From Tubiluchus corallicola (taxonomy: Eukaryota; Animalia; Priapulida): a stretch of DNA of 64,000 bases. The translations under genes and the position numbers were made by a program. Below are positions 15,464 to 28,200 of the stretch, one piece after another (position 1 is the first letter of the stretch; each line of letters opens with the position of its first letter). Location: positions 1 through 64,000 of the forward strand of contig JAQGDQ010000460.1 in NCBI GenBank assembly GCA_030141605.1, written 5' to 3'. The notes beneath the pieces were generated by a model that saw nothing but the letters and a program-made list of their open reading frames with translations, was not told the origin of the DNA and searched no databases.

Positions 15464-18400
15464 CTAATCAGAGGCAAATTTCTTCAGCTTTTCCAATAGA
15501 TCAATGTACAGGTTGTGCTCGTAAATGGTCGAATATTGAACAAGCTTGTCTGTAAACTCATTGTTGATGCCCCGATCATCGAGATAGTTCATTAGCAGAT
15601 CATACAGGTTCTAGATATAATAATAAACAAAAATAACGTAATAATGAAACAATGTAATGTAATAATAAAATGTAATATTAACAAATAATAAAGCTCGCAA
15701 AAGCAAGCCCTCGAGACGTTATTACGTACGGATTTTCGACAAAAATAAAATCCAGAATTAAATGCCCATGGCCACAATCGATGATACGTATTACGGTACA
15801 AAGGTACAAACAGAAGACAGTGTTTCACAATACCCAGAAAATAAAAATACAATATATTACATTCTCGAATAGTGATAAGCGATTTCAAATTCTGGAATCC
15901 GATTGTAATCTTGTAATTTGATATCACAATTCATCTTTTGCGAGGATTTTTAGTATTTTAGCCACATGTTTTAATGATCGTAGTGAAATACGTTTAATAT
16001 AGCTTTCACGGCTTTCGTCACTGTCTGCCATTTTCATACTCGCAAACTTGTTTTATAGACACGTACCAGTTTTATGTCAATTAGTTAATAACTACACGCA
16101 TCACGTGTCAATGAATTTTAAGCCCCCAGTTTGCAACATTGTGGTGTGCAATTGTGCACAATTGTGTACGGCGAGAAAAACAACAAAAGAAACACAAAGA
16201 TTTCATTTACTCATGATAAAATGCTGCCTTTACGGTGTGTACACTTATATTTTGCTCTTGATAACTGAGTTACTTGTTCAATCGCCGATTATATAGATTT
16301 GTTCACGGTTACAATCGAGATTAATTCTTCTAATCTAGTAACTACCCATCACCATTCTTGAAACCTTGTGTGGCACGACTTTGCACAAATCATCGAAATT
16401 AACTTAAAGTTCACTAAAACAGTTAGTTGATCAGTCCAACATGTTTCGACATATTAATTCCTTCACCAAGGACCTAAAATTAATCAAATACGATTGACTA
16501 AACAGCATTTTTACACAAAGACATTATGAACTCCCGAAACCGTAGCTTTGGTGTACATTAAGTTACTGTCTTTCGTCAGCTCATCAATGTGGCCACATCG
16601 CCTAAAGAAAACAACCTGCACCTCTAATCACATTCCTAATACAGTGTTCCCTCGTTACTTTGCAGTTCGTTTATCGCGTACTCGCTGTTTTTCAAAAATA
16701 TTAATGTAAAATATTTATTGCGGTATTTTCATGGGTTTTTGCGGTACTCCGTCTAAAGTATTTTTGCACATGCGTAGTACGTATTGTACAGTAATGTATA
16801 GATTTGATGAATTTTGCATAAAAAATCACAAAATGTATAAAAATATATTAAAAATATTAATTCTGACATTAAAAGAACATTATAAATCATAAAAAAATAC
16901 CAATTACAGTGAATAGTGTATTTATTTGGCGGATCAATACACACCAAAAACGAAATGTAGTACTTGAGCCCTTGAAATGCTATTACCGACGTGAGATTGT
17001 ACATAACACACGATTGAACATTTAAGTAAAGTTTTTTACAAGGTACATGTACAGTATGGGAAAAGTCATTAAGGGAATAGGAAAGGGTTATGTATAAGAG
17101 TGTGGGGAGGGTTTATAAAGACTTAAAATTATGTATAACTACTAAAATAAGTATAGCGTCCCTACATCGCGGAAATTCACTTATCGCAGGTGGGCCTGGA
17201 ATGGAACACCCGCGATAAGTGAGGAAACACTGTACATGTATAATGTATGTATTAAGTGTATATGTATATATGCAAGCAATGTAATGTATTTAAGCTCACG
17301 AGGTTTCTTGTAGATAATGTACATATTACGTTACTTAATCTCCCTTGACTAACCTGCACCTCTAGCGTCCTAATTTCAAGCCCTGCCTTGATTTGCTTAA
17401 CCCTTTCTCACTATCAATGTTGCACTGATAAGATTTTCTTTTAATCGGTTAGTTTTTTTGGCACGTCATTTTGTAATTATTGTTTCGTACTATTAAATGT
17501 ATATTGCTTTTTTGTGAGAAATAAATGAATAAATAAAAAAAAATAAGGTTTACGCAAATATTAGTCTTAGGCAGTATCTTTTAATTAAATTTAATAGCAA
17601 AAAAATCACTTACTCCATCCATGATGTCTGCAGCTACACTATACGTGTTGTCCTTGAACTCTCCTTCATGAAATGACACCTCATCAATTTGAAAAGTATC
17701 ACCTACAAACATTACAATTTATACAAAAAAGACACTTGAATATTTCCCTATGCACATGTTTATATTATCCCGATCATAATTACTCCGCAATGCATCCACA
17801 CTTGCTATTTGTTATCTATATAGTTTATTCACTGTCAGAACGTTAATTTCTCCATATGCATTCTTAATGTACATCTACAATTTTAACTGCAAATAGGACC
17901 CGTGATGCCATACAGTGCATTCATACATTGTACAGTGTGTCGTTATCACCATGCGATAAAATATTACCCGGGGGGGGGTAGACGGAAACAGAAATATTTT
18001 TATCGTCGGCCATATACGTCTGTACTGGACAAAATGGCGTCAGAACAATGAATGACCTCTTAACTTCAATGACATCCAAAGTGAACACGTCCCGTTATTT
18101 ATTTGTTGTTTATTGTCCTTTAATCCAATCAAGTCATTTTATTCAAAATTGGTGTAGTGCTACCAGATTTGGTGGGGCGTCCGCAAACAAAATGAATTTC
18201 GTATTTTGTATAACGTGAACTAGATGGCACTACCAAGTCTGCATTCTACCAAACGGCCCACGAAAAGAGTCGTGTTCACTTCGGATGTCATTGAAGTTAA
18301 AGAGGTCGTTTATTGTGCAACTGAAATAAAACGTTTCAACATTCACACAACATCTTGACTGTAGTATATCACCACACCACTTTAATAGATGGGCCTGACT

Positions 18401-21400
18401 TGCATCCGTTTCGTTTTACAGCCAATCAACTGGATTGTAATGTAATCGTAAGTCAATAACCAACCCGTATATTTATTACTATTACTGAGATTTTCATTAA
18501 ATACTGAAAGCTTTTATCTGTAGACATGCGTCGCAGTAGTTTACCGATGGCACAAATAAGTAATAAAATTCTTAAATAAATTAATAAAATTAAATTAAAA
18601 AGTAGCACTATTGCTGACATGAAGATAACATCACTACGATATTTAAACCAAAACACAATGCCTTGTCTTGATAAGCATGCTTGTGTTACCCCTTTATGCG
18701 TTCCGGCCTAGAACTGTGCACACACAGCTAACATGTTGCCTATGTTATTTGGTCGACAAAATTTTCTATTTCTAAAACTAGATGGCAGCACTTACTGTAC
18801 GCGTCTTCTGTTTGATCTGCAGCTTCAGTGTCCTCCATACACGAGCACTGAAAAGCTAACGTCTGACCACCTTTACAAACTTCAACTGAGAAATCTGGTC
18901 TTGATACCATCTGTAATGATTGAAGGAAGTATGTAAAAAAATAGCAAAAAAAACACATAAGGAAATATAAAGCTTAAAAGATACAGACATACCACCTCCG
19001 TTAACGACCGTCTCCGTACTCGTACAAATCAGGTTTTCGACCAGAAGATTCGAGCTGAAATTGTTTCCGCTCTCGACCAGAATTTCAGTACTACGCATGC
19101 GCAGCGCGCCCAGTAGAGCCGAGCGTAACCGACCGCACCCGAGAGTAGTCACGCACAATATTTGAATCGCCTAATATCGCTAAGTGCTTTCTCTGCTTAT
19201 TTTTCATGCAGGAACAATTATGTTTTTCTTATCAAGTATATCATATCTACTGTTTGAATAAACATTTTTGCATTATTATATTTCGTTTTGGTAATACGCT
19301 ACAGTTCATTTGGTGCTTGAGAACGGATTATTTGCTTTTACGTTATTTCTTATGGGAATAAATGATTCGGGGTACTCAACCAAATCGGTTTTCAAACACT
19401 TTTTAGGAACGAACAATCTGAACACAAGACAGAGACAATAATCGGTCTACATGTAATAATAGTGGGCGTTCGAAATCTAGCAAACTACAGTACGTATTAA
19501 ACAATGGAAATAACCACGTGACATGCGGGCTGTTTTTTCGAGCGCTCAGGAAAAATCAATGGCACTGCCGGTGGCGATTTAGCCACGCCTACCAGCGATG
19601 CATCGAGATTGTTGAAGAGTTACAATAGATAATACCGTGAATGCATACAAGTGCTCGCAACATACTGAAATAATGTGCTGTATAATGTAACTTTAATGAA
19701 GAGTAGTCGCAATAGAGTTTTAAATCTATTAGATCATGACAAAAACTTTAAAGTGCGTTATAGGTTCACATTTTATAAATTAAAATTATTTATGTTTTTT
19801 TAAAATTAAAGGGTATGCAGTATATGCGTTGCATGTATGGACTACATGCCACTACAACGCGCACTGCTATTAGTGCATTGTTTTACATAGTGATGTGCCA
19901 TAGACATTGTTTTAATCAACTTGCACTAAATACTACTTATGACATAATGTGAACTCATCTTACCGGTCCCATTTCAGGCAATTTGTCGTCTTTCATATCA
20001 AATTGTTCCGCAGGTGGTGCTGCATCTACCGTATTGCTCACATTACACATTACTGTAATTCTGTAAAGACGGTACAAACAAGTATAAAAGTATCTTTTAT
20101 AAGTCTCATAAGAACTTAACTGGAGTGGGCAATAATGTGGACCGTCAGTGTTGTGGTCATGGATTGGTTTGTAATCCCAACGTTCCAGGTTCAAATCTAG
20201 GTTGAGTCAATGTTATGGTCTTGTAGTCATGGATTGGTTTGTAATCCCAATGTTCCAGGTTCAAATCTAGGTTGAGTCAATGTTATGGTCTTGTAGTCAT
20301 GGATTGGTTTGTAATCCCAATGTTCCAGGTTCAAATCTAGGCTGAGTCAATGTTGTGGTCTTGTAGTCATGGATTGGTTTGTAATCCTAATGTTCCAGGT
20401 TCATATCTAAGCTGAGTCAATGTTGTGGTCTTGTGGTCATGGATTGGTTTGTAATCCCAATGTTCCAGGTTCATATCTAAGCTGAGTCAATGTTGTTGTC
20501 TTGTAGTCATGGATTGGTTTGTAATCCCAAGGTTCCAGATTCAAATCTGGACCGAGCCTCAGCCTTCGGGCACTTTACAGGGTACACAGTTTTGAGCTAC
20601 AGTATAAGATTGGATCCAGTTTTTCTTTAAAACAGGTCAAGATTTGCATAATAGAGTTCATTTAAATGTTAGATAGCGTCCAACTGTGTAAACCAGTTGT
20701 ACATCAATTCGTATTAATGACGAATAAGAAAAAACGTTGCACTGCATAACCTACTTTGGGTAACTCGCTCAGACTTGAGATAAGGTACATATTCCAGATT
20801 TTAAACAAGATGTTCATATAGCAGTTATGTTTAGCAAATTAGCATTATTAACACTATTAACTCGGTTCTTACTTTTCGTCTTCAACTTGTCGGGTTAAAG
20901 TGATAACAGAGCCATCTGCATTGATATCGAAACCCTCTATAGCTGGTAGCTTTTCAGTGGTCGACGTGGTCTTTTCAGCTTCAATTTCATCCACAAGAAA
21001 ATCCGATAACTCTTTGCTACCTAAAAAAATTAAACTTGCCTCAAAATTAAGGCTAAATGGGTGCCAGCATAGAAGCTTCATCTTTTGTGTGAATAGATGT
21101 TTCCCAGGTACTAAGGAATATGCTAATATGGTTACCATTTACACATTTGTTACTGTCCATATTCATTAGAATCTGAATTGAATTAACGTACGCTACAGTA
21201 CCGTTTAGCTGAGATTACATTTGTATATAAAATTTGGGATTATAATTACAATTAGCAAATTAATTTATTTTACCATTAGGCAAAGCAAATGTTAAGAGTC
21301 TCACTCTAATGCAAGATTTAGCTGTACAGAAGTTGTATTATTGTGTTTACACCGGAGGAGCTTCTTATTCTACCAGTTAAGGCTCGTTCCCTCATTTTTA

Positions 21401-22938
21401 TTTAATCAGCAGGTTCCCAGCAGGGGTGCACCGGATCCAGTCCTGTATGGGATCTGGATCTCCGCGTGTTACTGTACTAATTGTATTGTAATTCTGAACA
21501 TTTGATCAGCACCTCAGTGTTTACTACATAAAATGTAATCTCTATTTGTTGAGTTTAAACTAAAAAACCGCCAAACTACGGAAGATGGCTCGAAATTTTT
21601 AGGAGATGTTTTTGTGGCAATAGCATTATCTTCGCGAGCCGTATGCTACTAGGAATCACAGCTTGAAGACTGTTGGTATTGCTTGCACTACAAGTATGAC
21701 GGCATAAAACTAGGCGATGCACTATTAAATTTCCAGAGACTTTAACATTAAAAAATTTAAGACTGTTCAGGTACTTAAGCACTTATGTATATTTCTTTCA
21801 CAATCGGTGTGTAATCAGTAGCTTTATGCATAGAAAAATAGAAATACAAACAGAGCAAAATCTGACAAACATTTCTGCTGGATACATTAAAATTACCGGA
21901 TCTCGGGATCCGGATCTGGTACATATCTAGTTCCCAGTTTGGGAAACAAATCTCCTAACATTAATGTTAACGTCTTTGATTGTCACATGAGACTTTAAAT
22001 AGTTTACATGACGTGAGGCAACAAGTATGCTGCAGGTCCATGAGCAATATAATGCAAGTTAGAATTCAAGTTTTTGCTTTATTTTAAAAATTTTGGTCAA
22101 GATTTTTCAGTGGTTTTTAAAATGTAGGAGAAATGAAAATGTAAACTGGAAAAATACTTGTAAAACCTCGGAAAAATAATACAGAAATTACGGTTCCAAA
22201 ATTTAAAAAACTTCGACGAAAACAAAACTGAACTAAAAGTGCCGTTATCAGCAAACCAAAATAAAAAAAATTCATTTCACTTTCGGTAACAAGTCTGGGC
22301 ACAGATAACCTTACCCAGAAAAATTTCGCAAAAAATATCTCATGTCTTATATACATCATTTATAATAATGTAATATCACTTTTTTCAGTATAACCATAAG
22401 AAAGAAAAAAGTGGGTTAGCCATTAGCTTAAATTGTAAATCACACTGGATCTGCCACAATGAATTTTCGAGCCCAAGCAACTCTTTTTTGCAATTTCAAA
22501 AGTTTTAAACATGCTAAAATACATGGAACAATAAAAATTAAATACTTGGAGGACGGTATCAGCAAAATGATAAAGGTTACTAGAAATTCTGGAAGGGTTG
22601 GTAAATGTACCAAAGTAGTATACGATTACAAGTACAAAGAATAAAGCAGATACGCGTTAATACAATAACAGTAACAAAAAATAAAGAATAAAACAGTAAA
22701 TACTTTTAGTGTGCACTTGAGCAAAGCCCGCAATGTTCGTGCATGTGACTGGCTTTAACAAGGTAGCTCTAGCGCCGGGTAATGTTTGGTGATGCAATTC
22801 ATTAAACGCTTTGCATTGTGGCACAGCTAATGTTCGTAACAAACGGCTTCCATGCTGATGTGACAAAAGTGACTGTCGTGCACAGCAGTATATCTGTGAT
22901 GACAATTTTTGTAGAGTTTTTGCTGTAGAAAAAGACAT
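15464..22938 (-). CDS. C1QBP: Complement C1q-binding protein / p32 / MAM33 family mitochondrial protein, complete, 6 exons, 276 aa
   Basis: Exons 22938-22704, 21020-20873, 20060-19964, 18910-18796, 17702-17614 and 15610-15464. All introns are GT-AG with consistent phases (1,2,0,1,0); total 831 nt. The N-terminus is a basic/Ser-rich mitochondrial-targeting-like leader ending VHTK. Family motifs seen: ELSDFLVDEIEAEK, KITVMCNVSNT, SRPDFSVEV, DTFQIDEVSF, LYDLLMNYLDDRGINNEFTDKLVQYSTIYEHNLYIDLLEKLKKF. Confidence 0.95.
16642..17232. mobile_element. Tigger/pogo-like MITE
   Basis: TA|CAGTGTTCCCTCGTTA ... GATAAGTGAGGAAACACTG|TA. Confidence 0.72.
18045..18315. mobile_element. Fold-back MITE with ~45-bp inverted termini in C1QBP intron 4
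   Basis: caatgaatgacctcttaacttcaatgacatccaaagtgaacacg ... cgtgttcacttcggatgtcattgaagttaaagaggtcgtttattg. Confidence 0.7.
18984..19412 (+). mobile_element. Tc1/pogo-type MITE family E (3'-truncated copy)
   Basis: High similarity to the complete copy at 25468-25984. Confidence 0.75.
20144..20556 (+). repeat. Tandem array (6 x 70 bp) of a tRNA-like (SINE head) sequence
   Basis: ggattggttt recurs at 20161, 20231, 20301, 20371, 20441 and 20511. Each unit has an A-box-like TGGTCTTGT(A/G)G, an anticodon-arm-like ttgg-tttgtaatc-ccaa and a B-box GGTTCAAATC. Confidence 0.85.
21421..21929. mobile_element. hAT-like MITE, 8-bp TSD GTTCCCAG
   Basis: gttcccag|CAGGGGTGCACCGGATCC ... GGATCTGGTACATATCTA|gttcccag. 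Confidence 0.75.
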
Positions 22939-23400
22939 TGCAGTTTTGAATATAAAGCAAGAAACTACACTATCGCACAAGCCAACATGTGAGTCCCTGC
23001 CGCCTTTTTAAACAGAAGGTTGTCACGAAATAAAGTTTTTTTTAGCTAAAAAATATTTTTTATTTAAGGCAAAAAGTGAACTTTTTACGATACACAATTT
23101 TCTTTCTTTTTCAGAAAATATGTTAGAAGCATTTTTTGTACCAAAGGCGGAATATTGTTGAAAAAAACATTATTTGCTGCTGAAATATCTGGCCTGTTAC
23201 CACAACAGCTGTTCTTCACGTGTTTTCTGAGCAGATAGTGTTTTGTGGACATTCTGAAAAGTATGCTGCGAAATAAATTTAGTAAATTTGATTTTCGGGC
23301 TTTTCGATTTAAACTGATTTCGAAAGAGCTTAGTTGTTTATCGTGTTCTGGAATATTTCCAATAGACTGGCTGGTTTATTTAGTTTGAATGTACGCTTGT
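22939..23400. promoter_or_regulatory. Probable bidirectional promoter region of C1QBP (-) and TMEM120 (+)
   Basis: The genes are head-to-head (ATGs at 22938 and 25285). The TMEM120 first coding exon has an upstream acceptor, and candidate donors at about 23261 (aaaa|gtatgc) and 23391 could end a 5'UTR exon. The TSS cannot be seen directly. Confidence 0.4.
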
Positions 23401-25284
23401 GTGATTTATCATACTGTGTTAATTTATAGATCATATTGTAGAAAAACATAGACCATATTGCAGAGAAACATTGGTTTGACTAGCCTATTTTTCAACTGCC
23501 TACTTTTCTATGCCGTCTTCATAATCTAGCTTCTAAGTTACTTTCATTTTTGGTCTTTTGCATTTCATAATTAATATGATCATTGTATAATTTGTACAGT
23601 ATCATTGGATTTTCATATATTTCTGCAATGATGCATTCACTTCATGACATGATTTCTAATAATACTAATTAACATTTCATTTATCAGGGAATTCTCTCAA
23701 GTTTTGCTTTTAAATGTTTTGTAGTTTTTCCCACATATAACTTGCAGAATGCCCCAAGTCTCATGTATTGCACATTTACTACTCAATTTAGAATGTAGGT
23801 AAATTTACTTCATGGTCACTACATGTCATTAATAAGGTTTTCGACTTTTCACCTATTACTTTTTGTTGAGCAACGTAGTGCAAGCAGCATGTGCGGATGT
23901 TTGTCATGGCTCATGCCACCGGCAGTTGAAAGAAACAAACCCACAACAACAACCCACACCATACCATATCAGTCACACCAGACCACACCACCTTACCACA
24001 TCACTCACACCACCCTACCCAAGCCATACCACCTATGCCATGCCACCACTGCTGTTGATGCTGATGATGGTAATGGTTGCAAAAAACACCAGTGACAGCA
24101 GCAGCAGCAGCAACAACAGCCTAAGGAAACCCTGCAAAACACTTTGTGTAATGTGCATAGTAAAAACTGCGGCATGACACCCCATTATTAGACCAATCCA
24201 CTAATGATCATTAACATGCGAACATTTTACATGGTCTTTGTTTACTGCTTCTGTAATGACGTTAAAGTTGCCTAACTGTACAGATGCAACTTACACAGCC
24301 AACTTACTGAGCTTAATAAAATAATTCAATTCAAAATGTGCATTTATTTCCATATTCATGATACAACTGAGGCAAGTAAATGTATTTAATTATCACAATG
24401 GAAATAGGATGGCGAAAGACCAAGACGGTCAACTAGTCAAGCCATCCTTCAATGGATGTATGTGATTATTGGGATGACACTGTAGTTGTTTCACTCATGA
24501 AAAGTAGTGAAATTACATTATAACTATTTTACTTAGCACCTTGATCTGTTTAAAATTCTCTAATCAACTTTAAATAACTGAAGGATGAAAATGCAATAAA
24601 AAATATCTAAGCATACAGGAAAGTGATGAACAAAAAGCAGTGGTAAGTAAAATAAATAATGTGGTACAAATGACTATAAAAATGATCAAAATTCAAGCTG
24701 TCATATCGTTCATGCATAACTCAAAATGAGAAAAACATGCAATAATAACAATAATATTAAATAAAAAATAATAAAAAACAAACTAAATAAAATGAAAAGC
24801 AAGCTAGCCAAACAGAAATTTAAATAAACTTTCAAATAGAGAACTGAATCAAGCTGCAAAATACTTGCATTAAAACAATAACAGAAGTGTCTGATTAAGC
24901 AGTCTGTAAGCAGTGTACAATGGATTATGCCACTAAAAAGAGGTTTCCTAGATTTTTCCCCAGTGAAAAATTACAAATAAAAAAAAACTTGGAATTATCC
25001 TGTTCTTGTGGGCTACAGTAAAAGAAGCCCACCTTGTTGTGTAGCCCAGTTCATCCTCTTTCCAAAGAGCTGTAGAACTCTCTTCAAGACCACCAGGATA
25101 TATTATAAGATCATTTTTTGCATATGTGTTCGGTCAAAATTTCGGTTGGGGGGTCTAGAAAAACATTTTGCATGTTTCTATGAGCCTGTCACGAAAATAA
25201 ACATACATATTATAGTGTTTCCATCAATCTAGTGACGTGCTTTCTCTTCTCGTTCAGGTATCCGAGATTTCATCAACTTCGATA

Positions 25285-28200
25285 ATGAATGGACCATCGC
25301 ACTCAGGTTTGCTGGAGAATTGGGAAAATTTAGAAGCAGAATATAAAAGCCTGGAGGTAACGGAGTTTAGATTTTCCACAAAAAAGAACCAAAAATTCTA
25401 CTTTTATTGTTTTTTTTATTCTTTATTTATTGTCGGCCAAAGTAGCTGGGCTAAGAATTTGTAACTACAGTCATACCTCCATTGTTGACTGCCTCTGTAC
25501 TCGTACAAATCGATTTTCGACCAGAAAATTCGAGCTGAAATTATCAAATTATCTCCGCTCTCGATCAGAATTTCGGTACTCGACCAACTGCAAAACACGT
25601 GATGAACACATGCGCGGCGAGCCGAGTACACCCGAGCGTAATAGACCGTGCCCGAGAGTAGTACCGCACAACATTTGAATCGCCTAAATCGCTAAGTGCA
25701 TTCTACGCTTATTTTTCTCCGCTTATCTCATGCAGGAACAATTATGTTTTTCTTTCAAAGTAATTCTATTATCTTTTTCTTATCAAGTATATCATATCTA
25801 CTGTTTGAATAAGCATTTTTGTATTATTTCATTTTAATAATACTTTACAGTTCATTTGGTGTTTGAGAACAGATTATTTGCTTTTACATTATTTCTTATG
25901 AGAATAAATGATTCGGTTCTCAACCAAATCGGTTTTCAAACACTATTTAGGAACGAATTATGGTTGAAAACAAAGGTACTACTGTACTTACGAGCTTGTC
26001 TTAAAAGCTTAGCCAAAGTGCGCACACTGCACTTTTACAGACACTACGAACTCACTGTACTGGTTTTACATAATTATCTGTTAAATAGCTAATAGTACAA
26101 AAGCAGGCTCTGTGTCCTACTAACAGACCTGCTAGTTTTCACGCATTAGACACATGTCACATGCATTTTAAGCGTTTCACAAGCATCAGATTTCAGTTGT
26201 CATGCATCCTCAACTTCACAGGCAAGTTTGCAACTTTGCAAACTGCTACAAGGGTCGACCACAACACAATTGGGAGTACTACTATCAATAATACAGTGGT
26301 GTTCATGAGTCCCACAATGTTAATAATACTAAAGGCTATTAAAATTATTGCAATTAATTAAGCACTTTTTGGTGCTATTGAGATTTTTTCATGACTTGTA
26401 TACAGATGAACATATTTATTTATAAAGCATGAAGAATTGCAATAACCGGATGACAAAACTCGGGCGTAGCAACTACCTGAATTTTTTTATGTTTTGCCTT
26501 ATTTTTTTGATAATCTGATTTTGTACCTACCCAAAATTGCAAAAATGTCTGTGGTATTAATTTGCCTGTTGTACTGGGTCAGGGACAAGATGATCCCTGG
26601 GCTTTCCACACTTTACACTCATTTTACATCAAGGTTGGCAGGTCTGAATTAAGCAAGTCAGTAAGAGAGAAGTTTAGTGCTTAGTACAGTTAATAGTGAG
26701 ATATCAAAGTTTGCAATTAATGTAGCTTTTCATATTCTCTAGAAATACTGCTGTTATTCTAGTGCTGTGTATTTTATAACTTAATATCAGTATGCTGTGA
26801 AGAATAAGAGATTAGTCTGTGAAAATCATTTCTTGGGCACAAACCTGTTCTAAACCGTACCTGTGGGGCTTGTATTTGTTTAATGACCTTGACATTTCCT
26901 TCCTGTCATTATCAACTCAAACACTGATTGTAATTTTGGTGTTCGGAATTCTTATTGCTGTTTTATTGTTGTTTATCAAAAGCATCGTATGGAAACTACT
27001 TCCTGCTAAATTGTTCACGTCAGGACTACTTTTGGAAAAAGTACCAGAGTCGTTGAAGTAGAACTGAAAGAAGTGATGTGCTTTTAAACTGCTAACTGAA
27101 GATGTAAATGTTGATTTTTCATCATGTAAACAAGTAAATAAGGATTTGATTTTGAAATGAGCCATCAGATTGTATCTGCTTGCATTTAAAGCACGAGAAA
27201 ACTCTCAACTTACATAAAGCTTAAAAAATTCATCTCGAAATTTTATACTACTTACATACTGCCTTTTTGCATGCAGGACTTGCGTCAGCAGTAACGATGT
27301 ATAAAACATGTAAATTTAAACTCCCGCGATGACCGTTAGGCGCAGCCATTTTGACAATAAGTCATTTGATACAAGTTTAGATAACATTGGGTAAACTTTG
27401 AAAAAATAATCAGAGCATTCTTAGCGCACATGTCACTAACTGAGTAACATTTCAAATTACCGTATCCTGTCAATAAGATTAAAAATAAGTTTTTGGTTAG
27501 TGAGTGGCGCACCCTGGAGGTGAGTCAACGAGATTCTACCAATTGGTGAAAACATTTTAAATAATCCAGCAGGTAATAGAAATGCTAAGTAATATAGATT
27601 TGCATGGAAAGTTTTTTTGGGACATAATTTAACATTTCCTTTTCTTCCCCTGATTTACGGTGTGCAAAGAGACATCATGTAATGGCGACGTCGGAACAGT
27701 ATCGCGGGAGATTTAAAATGAAAACAAACAAAAAATCCTTTCAACGCGATACGATACATGAATAAAATTGCTATAAAGTAACTTAATTTTTTAAGCGATT
27801 TTTCTGAAACCTACTTCAGGTACCTCTTTTCTTGTCCTTTAAGCAAACGAGAACTTGTTACTTTAAAAAAATTGCGTATCACTTAGAGACAATTTCTCTG
27901 AACTCGGCTCCTGTTTCAGCTGGTAAAAACCTGCACGATGACGACTCTTGGGACAGACTTGACTATGTTTTTTTCATTTCTTTTAAGTTTGGCAATTTGC
28001 ATGCCAGCAGGATTTAGCACACTTTGGCTACGCCTGTTTAATATAGGTGATTGTAGCAGGACGGGGATCTGGCTTATCACCAAGGATAAACCTTTAAAGG
28101 AAAACTGGACATGGTCTTAAACTATAGCTCTTAACAATCTACCCTACAAAATATTGAAATGGAACATTTTTTTCAAGAATGAGTTCCATGAAACAATAAG

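Noticed and set aside
23823-24177. His/Thr/Pro-rich ORFs between C1QBP and TMEM120
   Set aside because: Low-complexity CA-rich sequence in a probable 5'UTR intron, with no domain or splice support.
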